A stretch of 64,000 nt of DNA, from the NCBI GenBank assembly GCA_964016885.1, contig OZ024740.1, positions 216,628,001 to 216,692,000 of the forward strand. Reading direction: 5' to 3'. This stretch comes from Eledone cirrhosa (lineage: Eukaryota). The position numbers and the translations under genes are program-made. Below are positions 1 through 10,781 of this stretch, piece after piece; the stretch's first letter is position 1; each line of letters begins with the position of its first letter. The notes below the pieces were generated by a model. It made no database searches, was not told where the DNA came from, and saw only the letters and a list, made by a program, of their open reading frames with translations.

Positions 1-54
1 ACCATAAGAAATGAAATGAAGAAAGAAAGAAGCAGTGATACTTTCTTCCATTAA

Positions 55-262
55 CCCTTTAGTATTTACATTATTCTATATTTACAATTGCATTTTTACA
101 GTAAAGGCTTTATCTTACATAATTAGCTCATATAATATTGAATCTACAAGATTTTGTTGTTATTTATCTTGAGAACAATACTTTAATGTAGGTATGAGTG
201 ACTGGTTACAGCCGGTTTGAACAGAAAGAGTTGAGAGAGTTTGGGCTGGAAATGCTAAAGGG
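55..262. mobile_element. piggyBac-type MITE
   Basis: TTAA at 51-54 and 263-266 flanks inverted termini CCCTTTAGTATTT / AAATGCTAAAGGG; no ORF. TTAA TSD plus CCC...GGG ends is the piggyBac signature. Confidence 0.75.
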
Positions 263-660
263 TTAAACAATAATGATGTTACTCTATTTGTAGGAAGTTG
301 GTAGGTGGTGGGGTGGGGATATGACATGTGAATGATACACAACATATGATATAAGAAAATATTACACCTCATTCTGAACCAGGAATTTAAAGTTCAAATA
401 TGTTTGTCTCCATTTCTGACCCAAACCAGCCTTTGATTGCTGGTCAAAGATAGCGTTTGGCTATAAAGTAGACTAATCCTGTTGCACAACAGATATCGGT
501 TCCAATCTTACCAAAACATCACCAGTTACAATGAACTTCAATGAAAAATATTTTAATCTTTCTACCAGGAGTAAAATGGATGTTAAATCATGATATTGTG
601 ATAGTTGTGTGTGTGTGTATATACATATATATAGAGAGAGAGAAATTTACAAAATCATTA

Positions 661-848
661 TGGTGGATTGGCAGTATCGGTAGAGGGTTGGACGCCATGC
701 TTTCTAGCATAGTTACGTCCCTTTACAGTCTCAGTTCAAATCCCGCTGAGGTTAACTTTGCCTTTCATCCTTACGGGGTCGATAAAATAAAGTACCAGTA
801 ATGTACTGAGTAATTGATGGCCTTGTGCCAAAAGTGGAAACAATTATT
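661..848 (+). mobile_element. tRNA-derived SINE with Nin/Deu-like core
   Basis: A-box-like TGGCAGTATCGG, B-box GTTCAAATCC, core GCCTTTCATCCTTACGGGGTCGATAAAATAAAGTACCAG, tail GGCCTTGTGCCAAAAGTGGAAACAATTATT. More than 10 related copies in this window. Confidence 0.8.
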
Positions 849-911
849 TAAAACACCACATTCCAGAAGAGTGAGAACATCATTTATTGCATAACACACA
901 GACACAGACAG

Positions 912-971
<60 letters not shown>

Positions 972-1659
972 TGAATAATAAAAACAAAAAGTGAAGTTTA
1001 GTGCTTAATCAGTTCATTGTTTTGCAATCGTTTCAGAAGGTTGATTGATCATGATAAATCAATATAGTGACTAATTGATAGTAGTTATGTAGCTCTATAT
1101 TATTAGTTTCAATACTCCAGATCCATCTCACCATCTTTGTCACTATCTATGACTCTACCACAGTTAAATACCAGTAGCTATGTTTTATTTAAACATCTAT
1201 TTTTACACATGTCCTCAAGGGGACATTTAGCCAGTGTAGTACTTTTACATGAAGTCATAATATTCTCTCAAATATCATTGATATAATTAAACAGTAGCTA
1301 TAGTTTGAAAAGTATGAACCTACTTCACTATAGATTCTAATATTGGATTGTTATGTTTTCAACATATAACATATACAGCAAATAGACTTTCAAGATAGAT
1401 GTTTGTGTATGTGTGTATGTGTGTGTATGTATATGTGTGTATATATATATATATATGTGTGTGTATGTATGTCTGTATATGTGTGTGTATGTATGTTCAT
1501 GTCTATGTTTGTGTTGGCAATTTACTTGTAGGCTAATTAGCAAAAAGATATTTCAATTATTTGTGCTGACAGACAATATCTTACATTAATGCCATTGCAA
1601 ACATATTTATTGATTTCTATAGATAAATACAATACATGGTTTGATTTTTATAAGTATTG

Positions 1660-1915
1660 ATTATGGTAGAGTCTTAGGTGATGTCATGAGGCAGCTTCAA
1701 ATGAGAATTGAAACATTAAAAAAAACTTCCTTATATAGGTAAGAGGTAGGGGTAGATTGAGGAAGACAGAGCTGTGCAGAAGTAGTGAAAGCAGGTATCA
1801 GGATGTTGAATTTCTCAAAGATGGCAAAATAAAGAGACAAGAGTAGGAATGCTATACTAAAGAGGATTCGTCCAGTCCATACAAACATGAAAGAACTGAT
1901 ATAAAAATGATGATT
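1660..1915 (+). mobile_element. highly decayed RTE LINE 3' end
   Basis: Recognisable similarity to the RGRPRKTW.EVV.AD region and the ATGATGA tail of the better preserved RTE copies in this window; no open frame. Confidence 0.4.
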
Positions 1916-3500
1916 CTATGAAACCTACTCCAACTTAATAATTATGAGATTGATGACATAAGTCTGCAGTAATAGACATTATATTTCATTTCTTTTTTGT
2001 ATCTTTAATAATAATTTTACAATTGCAAATATTTTTTACACTTTGTTGAGTAACTAACTTGGACTGTGTAAGTGGTTGAGTATGTGTGTAAATGTGTGAT
2101 GTCCAGATGAGTATCTTCTAACTCCATCTAACTTACTCTCTACCTGTTGGTCATGGCTAATAGGATGGAGAATACATTATCAGAATTACTAAATTCTGTA
2201 TAATATATTGTCTTTGTGGTGGTGTTAATGGAGGAAAGGGTTGGTAGAAAGAGGCCCACGATAGGACCTGCTCTTTTCTTGACCCCATAAATATAACAAT
2301 TCAATCTGACTTGTGCTGTATAAAACATTAGAAATACATTCTTAAAAAGAACAAAACAGCACCATGACATTATCACATTAAACATTGAAATATTTACTTT
2401 ATTTAATACTACAAATTTTCATAATGATCAGGCCAGTAATAATAATACTATAAATAGTAAAATTAAATTTATTTTAAAATATCTTTTACTAACTCATTAC
2501 AGGATGTTAAGAGTTAATAAATAAAAGTTAAATCTGTCAACAAAACTGTTACTGAACTGATCTACATTATGTGTTCTGTTTTTTATAATCCCAAGTCGAG
2601 GAGTAGAAAACAGAATCCTTGATTTGTGTTAGTGTGGGTCGACAAGACTGGTGGGAGGAAACGGGAGGTATTCTTAAATTAGTGACCTATCTCGTATGCT
2701 TTCAACAACAGAGTAGACTCTGCTAAAAACACCCAAGAGCTATTTTGGTGGTCTTAAACTGGGCAACTATTGTTAAGTTGACCATAGCAGGATTGAAACT
2801 TAGAAAGCACAAGGCTGAAACAAATACCAATAGGTATTTGGGGGGATTTTTTAACAATTCAACCATCCCATCATCCTAGATTGGTACTTTATTTATCAAC
2901 CAGTCCATCAACTTAGAATGGTACTATCCTAGAAGTATGGTAGTTAAGTTGATCTTTGGAGAACTTGACTAAAGAAGTTAGAATATATACTTCATGGTAT
3001 TTAGTCTGACACTCTACCACTTATGCCAATTTACCAACTTACTGTGTGTGTGTGTGTACACACAATTTGTCTTTGGGTTTGTTTATTCATATTTATAAAG
3101 ATTGTTTATAAGATTAAAAGATGGTCAGAAACAGCAGTCTATAAGAAATGCTATAATCCCCCTCCCTACTTCACCCCCAACCACCCCACCCCATCCTATC
3201 CCTGCCCACCAAAAATATAATGAGGCAAAGCAAAAAAAGAAAAGGCAAAGGCCAAAAAGAATATTGTAACAAGTTAGTTTTTATAAGAAAGATTTTTAAA
3301 AGAAATTCTGTTCATTTCAGAGAGTTTAAATGTTTCATGTAAACAATGTAAAATCAAATAATCAAGTAATAAACATTATGGGAGTGTTTGAAATTTGAAA
3401 ACGTGAGAGTCCCGAAGCCGGGAAATAACTGTAACAACAGTCAATCACTATAAATAACAGTTGAGAAAATTGGGTAAATTACACTTTATTTCCATCTCAA

Positions 3501-3692
3501 CCCTTTAGCAGCCAAAATTCTCTCACCTCTTTCTGTTCAAACTAGTCATAACTGGCCATTGATACCAACTTTAAGGTATTGTTCTCAAAATAAATATCAA
3601 AATCTTATAGATTCAATATTATGTGAGATAATTATGTGAGGTAAAGCCTTTACCATGAAAATACAATAATAAATATAAAGTAATGTAAAGGA
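3501..3692. mobile_element. decayed piggyBac-type MITE, same family as 55-262, opposite orientation
   Basis: Starts (TCAA)CCCTTTAGCAGCCAAAATTCTCTCACCTCTTTCTGTTCAAAC, the reverse complement of the right end of 55-262; ends AAAGGA-TTAA. Confidence 0.6.
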
Positions 3693-4544
3693 TTAAGATA
3701 TTTTACCCAGTTTGTTCAACTATTATCTGTAATGACCCGCTGTTATTTCAGTTATACCCCCTACCCCCATGACACCTCAAAAAGCTTCATGTCTCCCCCA
3801 ATATTGAAAACATGTTTAGCATTAAAAAGATATAATGTAAAATTTAGGAAATAATTTGAATTTCCTCCCTTTGAGGCATGCTCTCCATGTTTAAGATCAT
3901 AGGATTAGATTGTGGGATGCTTGCGAGATGATAGTCTGGAGGATGTTTGTGAGATGATGTTACTGATGATGCTAGTAAGGTGACTGTATATGGTGACTAG
4001 ATCGTCATCAACTTCATCATCATTGTTTCATGTCTGTTTTTCTACACTAACATGGGTTAGACAAATTGTTTCATTGTGAGATCAGGTGACCATATCTTGT
4101 TCATACAGAACTGTTTTGGGCTTGGTTTCAAAGCTGGACACCCTCCCTAACACCAATCACATATAAAGTGTGGACTAGGGGTTGGAGAAGGTGCATGGGG
4201 ATTGGAGAGTTAGATCTAGTGGAGTGTTAGGACCTGGTTGGGGTGTTAGGCCGTGGGAGGTGTATGGAAGAAGGAGGGAGGTAAGGGATAGAATACAGTC
4301 TTCCTAGATTTACACTTTATATTTTGCTTTTTGCTTAACTTCAGCATTAATTTAAGTTTGCTAAACCAAACACCAGTTATATTATGTGTCTATTTGACTA
4401 CATTTCACAGTTGGAAGTGTTTTGTACTTAAGAAGGAAATCAATCCACTCTTATTAGCAATAAAATATATTGATCAGTCATAGAAAATTATTCCACTTCA
4501 ATTCTGATGCAAAGTCTGTACGAAAATACAAGATTACTAATACT

Positions 4545-4782
4545 ATATCATCATCCCCACCACCACCACCATCATCACAACCACCACCACCTCCATCATC
4601 ACAACCACCACCACCTCCATCATCATCCTCATCACCTCAACCACCACATCCATCATCATCATCACCATCATCACCACCATCACATCACAACCACCACCTT
4701 CACCACTATGATCATCAACCATCATTATCCCCACCGCCATCATCACCACCACCACCACAACAACAACCATCATCACCATCAT
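4545..4782. repeat. (CAC/CAT)n trinucleotide low-complexity tract
   Basis: Seen directly; explains the poly-His/Pro/Val ORFs. Confidence 0.95.
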
Positions 4783-4809
4783 TGTTGTGGCTGTTGTTAT
4801 TATTTTATT

Positions 4810-4998
4810 AATAATTGTTTCTACTTTTGGCACAAGGCCAGCAAATTACCCAGTGCATTACTGGTACTTTATTTTATCGACCCCGTAAGGATGAAAGGCA
4901 AAGTCAACCTCAGCGGGATTTGAACTCAGACCGTAAAGGGACGTAACTATGCTAGAAAGTTTGGCGTCCAACCCTCTACCGATACTGCCAATCCACCG
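4810..4998 (-). mobile_element. Nin-core tRNA SINE, full length
   Basis: Near-exact reverse complement of 661-848. Confidence 0.85.
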
Positions 4999-5176
4999 TT
5001 ATTTTATTAATATTAAAATATATTGTTATTTGACAGAATCATCAATAAACACAATATATTACAGTATTTTAAGTTCCTCTATACTCTGGTTTCAAATCTT
5101 GCTGAGGTCAACTTGCCCTTTCATCCTTCCAGGTTTGATAAAATAAAGGACCTGTCAAAAACTGGAGTCAATGTTG

Positions 5177-5612
5177 TCTTCTTATAAAGCAATTTGAGGC
5201 GTTACGTCAGACCAATTTCCTTGAAATTATAACTATGTATTAGGCACTCTCTTCTTCATACCGTGAGCAAAGAAAATCCAACTTTTTTACGGCCTAGGGC
5301 CCGCATTAGGTGAAAAACTTCATTTTTTCAGCTTTTTAGGACTTTTTGGAGGCGTTAAGTCTAGCCGCTTTTCCCGAAATTTCAAGGCATATTATGCACA
5401 TAAAAAAAAATTATTTTCTTGATCCCCTAGGGCCCGCATTAGGTGAAAACCTGCATTTTTCCTGCTTTGTCGAGGAAAATCTTAAAGATTATCTAGCCAT
5501 CAGAGTATTTGGTTTATTTTCTTTACATATTGTCCAGGCATGCAGTTTTTCCACGATTAGGTCTGTTGTTCCAAAATACCTTATTCCGTGCAACGCCGGG
5601 TACCACTGCTAG
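5177..5612 (+). mobile_element. non-autonomous Helitron-like element
   Basis: 3' end CCGTGCAACGCCGGG (GC hairpin) followed by TACCACTG-CTAG|T; 5' end TCTTCTTATAAAG; internal duplicate CTAGGGCCCGCATTAGGTGAAAA. The 5' boundary is uncertain because it is preceded by G, not A. Confidence 0.6.
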
Positions 5613-6201
5613 TTATTAATAATAATGATAATAATTGTTTCTACTTTTTGCACAAGGCCAGCAATTACCCAGTGCATTACTGGTACTTTATTTCATTGCT
5701 GCAGGGGGCCTTGGGCAATGCCTCCTTTGTCCCCCATTAAATCTAGCTCTGTGTATATGATGCAGGCATATTTTGACATCAAATTTTGGAGTAAAAACAT
5801 GTTATATACAAAATATTAATGGCATTTAATTTGAAATGAAGCAATGGTTAATTTCAGGATAAAACTGTTGTGGAAAAGGGGGAATATTTGAAGTAGTCTG
5901 ATGTAATGAGATAGATGGTTTTCATGTTGGTGTAAGTTTACTTAATATACACAGCAAATCATTCTAAGAACGATTGGAACAAGAGTTTTGACAATTCTAA
6001 GACAGAAAAGCAATGCTTGTAATACAAGAACACATAGTAGTTAGATAGTTAGTCTACAAGCTGAAAGTCCTTTGATAAAATTTTGCCAGTCAAAGTGAAT
6101 GGTACTTTTCATATTGAGACATATTAAACAATACCTACTTTATATAATTGGTCAGATTTTAGATTTTAAGGTTATTTAGTACTAAAGTTCAGTGGTCTTC
6201 T

Positions 6202-6252
<51 letters not shown>

Positions 6253-6663
6253 ATCAGTAAGGCATGGTTATATTTAGAAAACACTTTCTCAGATATATTG
6301 TGGATATAATGTGTATTAAGATGTGATGTGTATTAAGATGTGAGATCTTTCTGAATATTTTTCATGCTATGAGAGTCAGGATATTGAGGGCTTTTATACA
6401 CTTTCAAGTATTGGCTGAGAGTAAATTGGAGAATAATGAGCTGATATGTTGTTAAGTAGTTTGCTCTGCAACCACAAGGTTCTGGGTTCAATTCTGCTGT
6501 ACAACACCATGGGGCAAATATTTTCTAATCTAGACTTGGCTTCACTGGAATTTTCAAGACTGAAGCTGCAGAAGCATTTTGTGTATATGGCACTGTTGGT
6601 GCTGAATGTTTCCTAACATTTACTCTTTTAATATAGCTTCTCTTTTATGTTGTATATTGATTT

Positions 6664-7088
6664 AGTTCTATATTGTCAGGGCTACAGTCTATATAGAGGT
6701 CCAGTTCTATATTGTCAGAGCTACAGTCTATATAGAGGTCCAGTTCTATATTGTCAGGGCTACAGTCAATATAGAGGTCCAGTTCTATATTGTCAGGGCT
6801 ACAGTCTATATAGAGGTCCAGTTCTATATTGTCAGGGCTACAGTCTATATAGAGGTACAGTTCTATATTGTCAGGGCTACAGTCAATATAGAGGTCCAGT
6901 TCTATATTGTCAGGGCTACAGTCTATATAGAGGTCCAGTTCTATATTGTCAGGGCTACAGTCTATATAGAGGTCCAGTTCTATATTGTCATGGCTACAGT
7001 CTATGTAGAGGTCCAGTTCTATATTGTCAAGGCTAATAGTCTATATAGAGGTACAGTTCTATATTGTCAGGGCTACAATCTATATAGA
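6664..7088. repeat. 39-bp minisatellite, about 11 copies
   Basis: Unit TTCTATATTGTCAGGGCTACAGTCTATATAGAGGTCCAG repeated head to tail with few substitutions. Confidence 0.97.
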
Positions 7089-7249
7089 ATTAACCTTCAA
7101 CGAACCATAATACATGGAGTACTTACATTGAAGACACCTCCACTAATATCATATAGGACATTTGTATGGTAATGGTATGGTATCATGTAGGACATGTCTG
7201 TAGATAGATATCTCTTTCTTTCTCTCTTTCTCTCTCTGTATGTATGTAT

Positions 7250-7398
7250 TATCATCATCATCATTTTACGTCCACTTTTCCCTGCTTGCAAGGGTGGGAT
7301 GGATCCTATTCAGCACTGCATCTCTCCACTTGTTACGGTCCTTCGTCATCTCCTCGGTGAGTTTCAGCGATCTGAGGTCTGTTCTCACCATTTCCACC
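7250..7398 (-). mobile_element. RTE LINE 3' end fragment
   Basis: Reverse complement of 25030-25160 (GCAGACCTCAGATCGCTGAA...GGAAAAGYGGACGTAA) with (GAT)n tail. Confidence 0.8.
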
Positions 7399-7513
7399 TA
7401 TGTTTTATATATAGTAATAATAATAAATGTGAAGACTAAAATCCAAAGAGGGCTCGATAAGGATAATATATATATATATATATAATATATATAAAATCCA
7501 TAGAGCAAATATT

Positions 7514-7640
7514 TATTAGAATAACAGATTAAAGTTTAAGCAAAGAATCATTGCTATCACCCTTAACGGGATCCCTTGAAGATCCCGTTTTGGGTGAAAG
7601 CAGCGATTCTTTGCTTAATCTTTAATCTGTTATTTTAATA
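7514..7640. repeat. fold-back palindrome (about 60-bp arms) with degenerate hammerhead-like core
   Basis: TATTAGAATAACAGATTAAAG...CGGGATC / GATCCCG...CTTTAATCTGTTATTTTAATA; TTGAAGA 7576-7582, CCC/GGG stem, GAAA 7596-7599. Confidence 0.8.
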
Positions 7641-7904
7641 TATATATTTGTATATATCATCATCATCACTGTTTAATGTCCATTTTTCCATGGTTAGATA
7701 AGTGGTCCTGTTGTGAGCAATGCACATACAGAACTGTTTCTATATCTGTATCTATCTATCTATATATCTATATATCTATATATATTCAATTGAAGAAAGT
7801 TGGTTGATTGAAAATCTGCCAACTTTTTCTTACGTCCTTGAAATATGTATAACAAAATAAATAGGGATGTATGAACGAATTATATATGTGTGTGTACATG
7901 TATA

Positions 7905-9037
7905 ATCTGGAGAAAAATGAAGCAACCATACTTCTTTGAATGTGCAATGTGTGAAAGAAAAGCAGAGGTTGGATGAACTGAGTGAGAAACTGGGTTTAAG
8001 AGGAATCCTAAGCCGTGTGTAGCGAATATTCCGGTTGTAACGGATAAGTGGATAGATGGAATTGTTGGTATGATGGTTTCAATGCAAAGAATAATACCGG
8101 GATTGTGTTGTTACAATGTTTATTTTATTATAACAATATTCAATTTGAATATTGAATGATAAGATCTATAACATGAAATATTCGTACAATAAGTAGGTGG
8201 CTCTTTGTGCCACGTAAATACAAGTATCATAGAATACGATTATAATATAATTTGTATTGTATCTGAAAGATACAATATGACAAACAGAAATGGTGCATGT
8301 GAAATGAAAACAGTGTGAACTTACTATGTGTGTGTGTTTGCGTATTAGTATATTTTCTTGTTTTAGCAGTAGTAGTAATCACTCAGTCAAGCTTTTGAGA
8401 AAATAGTGGACAGACGTTTTTCGAGATGGAAGATTTGATAGACGAGGTGAAATGTACGTTCTTGTCTGTGGTAACACTTTTTCTGCCGGGGCGTAAACAA
8501 CCCCTGTATTTATAACGGTTGAAGTTAGAAGGATAGCTATATCCTCTGACCTTTGGTTAGAATCTCCCAAGGGGTTGGTCTGCCGGGCGTAAACAAATTA
8601 GAAGGATGGATTATATCTGACTTCTTTTTTTTTGCCAGGCGTAAACAACATCTGACCTGTGTTTAGCATCTCCCAAGGGGTTGGTCTTGCCAAGCGTAAA
8701 CAACTAACCACAGCTTGTCCCAGAGGCGGGAAAGCTTAGGTTCGGTTTTGAATCTTCGCCGCCGTTATACGTGTGTAAGAGAAAACTGCTTGGGTACGGA
8801 CATGTGATGTGCATGGATGTCAGTCGGTTGGTGTAGAAGTAACATGAAATCCCATTAAAAGGAAGCTGCAGTAGAGGTAGACCAAGGAAGACCTGGGTGG
8901 AGGTGGTAAAAGCTGAACTCAAATTGTTTAGACTCACAAAGGAGATGATAAAGGAACACAAGTGGTGAGATGATGTGCTGAAAAGGATCTGTCCAACAAA
9001 TGTGAGTGTGGAAAAACAGACATAAAAACAATGATGA
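7905..9037 (+). mobile_element. decayed RTE LINE 3' end, interrupted by an insertion at 8018-8769
   Basis: Removing the insert rejoins ...AAGAGGAATCCTAAGCCGTG|TGTAAGAGAAAACTGCTTGGGTACGGACATGTGATG..., which matches the RGI..V.E..L.WYGHVM region of the other RTEs; the RGRPRKTW motif follows. Confidence 0.75.
8018..8769. mobile_element. probable solo LTR (Gypsy-like, 4-bp TSD)
   Basis: CGTG at 8014-8017 and 8770-8773; termini TGTAGCG ... CGTTATA (two mismatches from a perfect TG..CA inverted terminus); internal repeats GCCGGGCGTAAACAA and TCTCCCAAGGGGTTGGTC. Confidence 0.65.
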
Positions 9038-9039
9038 TA

Positions 9040-9331
9040 TATGGTGGCCAATGGCAACTTCTTTTCTTGTCTTTCAGGGTCTTCACCCTATTATATAAGC
9101 TATCTTATAACATGTCTGCGCATGAGCACACCATTCCATAACAAAGAGGGTGGGGTAAGATACCAGGTGGCCATAACGCACCAGAGTACTCGATATTTGG
9201 TGTGGTAGAGTGGGTAATATGAAAAGATTCAGGACCCCGACGGCTAACCCTGGCCGTTTCGACAGCTAGATGCGGATCTATCTGTCGAAACGGCTGGAGC
9301 TCAGCCGTCGGGCTCCTGAATCTTTTCATAT
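9040..9331 (-). mobile_element. Penelope-like remnant with fold-back palindrome (9217-9331)
   Basis: About 55-bp arms around GCGG (9272-9275), each containing GTCGAAACGGC; one arm extends to 9040, the other ends in (TA)n. Confidence 0.55.
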
Positions 9332-9340
9332 ATATATATA

Positions 9341-10389
9341 TCTAACTAAGAATATAGATTTTATATGTGGCCGATGCTCAGGTGCAATAAGTAGCAGCAA
9401 GTGCCCACAGAATACTAGCTCATTCCAGTGCACAGATGGTTCTATAGAAATAGTGGACAGCTTCCGTTACCTGGGTGACAAAATCAGCAGTGGGGGAGGG
9501 TGCTCTGAAAGTACAGTAGCTAGAGTCAGAACGGGATGGAAAAAGTTCAGAGAACTTATACCACTATTGGCCGCTAAAGGGTTCTCTCTAAAAATGAAAG
9601 GCAGACTGTGTGGTGCCTGCATACGAACAGCAATGTTACATGACAGTGAGACCTGGGCATTGTGTGCAGAGGATCTGCGCAGACTGGAGAGAAACGAAGC
9701 TTGCATGCTCCGCTGGATGTGTAACAGTAATATACGTGAACGTGAATGGCAAAGCATAAATGAACTAAGGGAGAAATTAGGAATAAGAGGGATCAGATGT
9801 TGTTTACTCGAGAGAAGACTACGTTGGTATGGTCACGTGATGCGCATGAAAGACGACAGCTGTATAAAAAAGAGCAGGGCGATAAAAATAGACGGTAGCC
9901 ACGGAGTAGGCAGACCCATAAAAACCTGGGACGACTTGATAAATTCCGACCTCACACACTTACACCTCTCCAAGACAATGTCACCGGACCGAGATCTTTG
10001 GCGCTACGCAGTAATACAGAAGACCTGCCTTGCCTAAGTACAAAGCGAAACCTACAGTCAGTAGACACCTCTAACAAAAATAACCCCGTCCCACCACCCC
10101 CACCCCATCCACACCACCCCTTTCGATGTAAAGTATGTTGGTACCACAACATCCAGTCCGAAATAAATGAGGTCGTGTAGGTGTCACGAAAAAAAAAAAC
10201 ACACAGTCCACGCTGTAATGTGGGCGTGTAGGTAACACGGTAAACATGGTTGGTGTTAGGAAGGGCATCCAGCCGTAGAAAACCTGCCGACAGTCCTACA
10301 CGAGCAAGACAACCAATCTTGCCTCAAGTGGGAAAACTCCCGTCCAAACCCATGCTAGCATGGAAGATGGACGTTAAACGATGATGATG
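9341..10389 (+). mobile_element. 5'-truncated RTE LINE (ORF C-terminus plus 3' UTR)
   Basis: ORF 9270-10037 has VDSFRYLGD...ARVRTGWKKFREL...SETWAL...RRLRWYGHVMR...GRPIKTW; 3' UTR GTTAGGAAGGGCATCCAG...GGACGTTAAAC(GAT)n. Confidence 0.92.
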
Positions 10390-10590
10390 ATATATATACA
10401 AAACACACACACACATGCACGCACATTTATATTTATGATCAGGGGTGTGTATATTTATTTCTAAGTAATATAAAGGGTCCCTGTATGACATATAATACAG
10501 GCTCATACATAAATGTGAATTTACTATAAATATATACTAGTTTCCCCTCGTTTAGTCAATAATTTTACACATACACACCTACACAGTACA

Positions 10591-10660
<70 letters not shown>

Positions 10661-10728
10661 ATACACTTGTATATTGGTACCAGTGTGTTATATATTTTCC
10701 TAATTGGCCAATGTGTAATGACTGTGAA

Positions 10729-10781
<53 letters not shown>

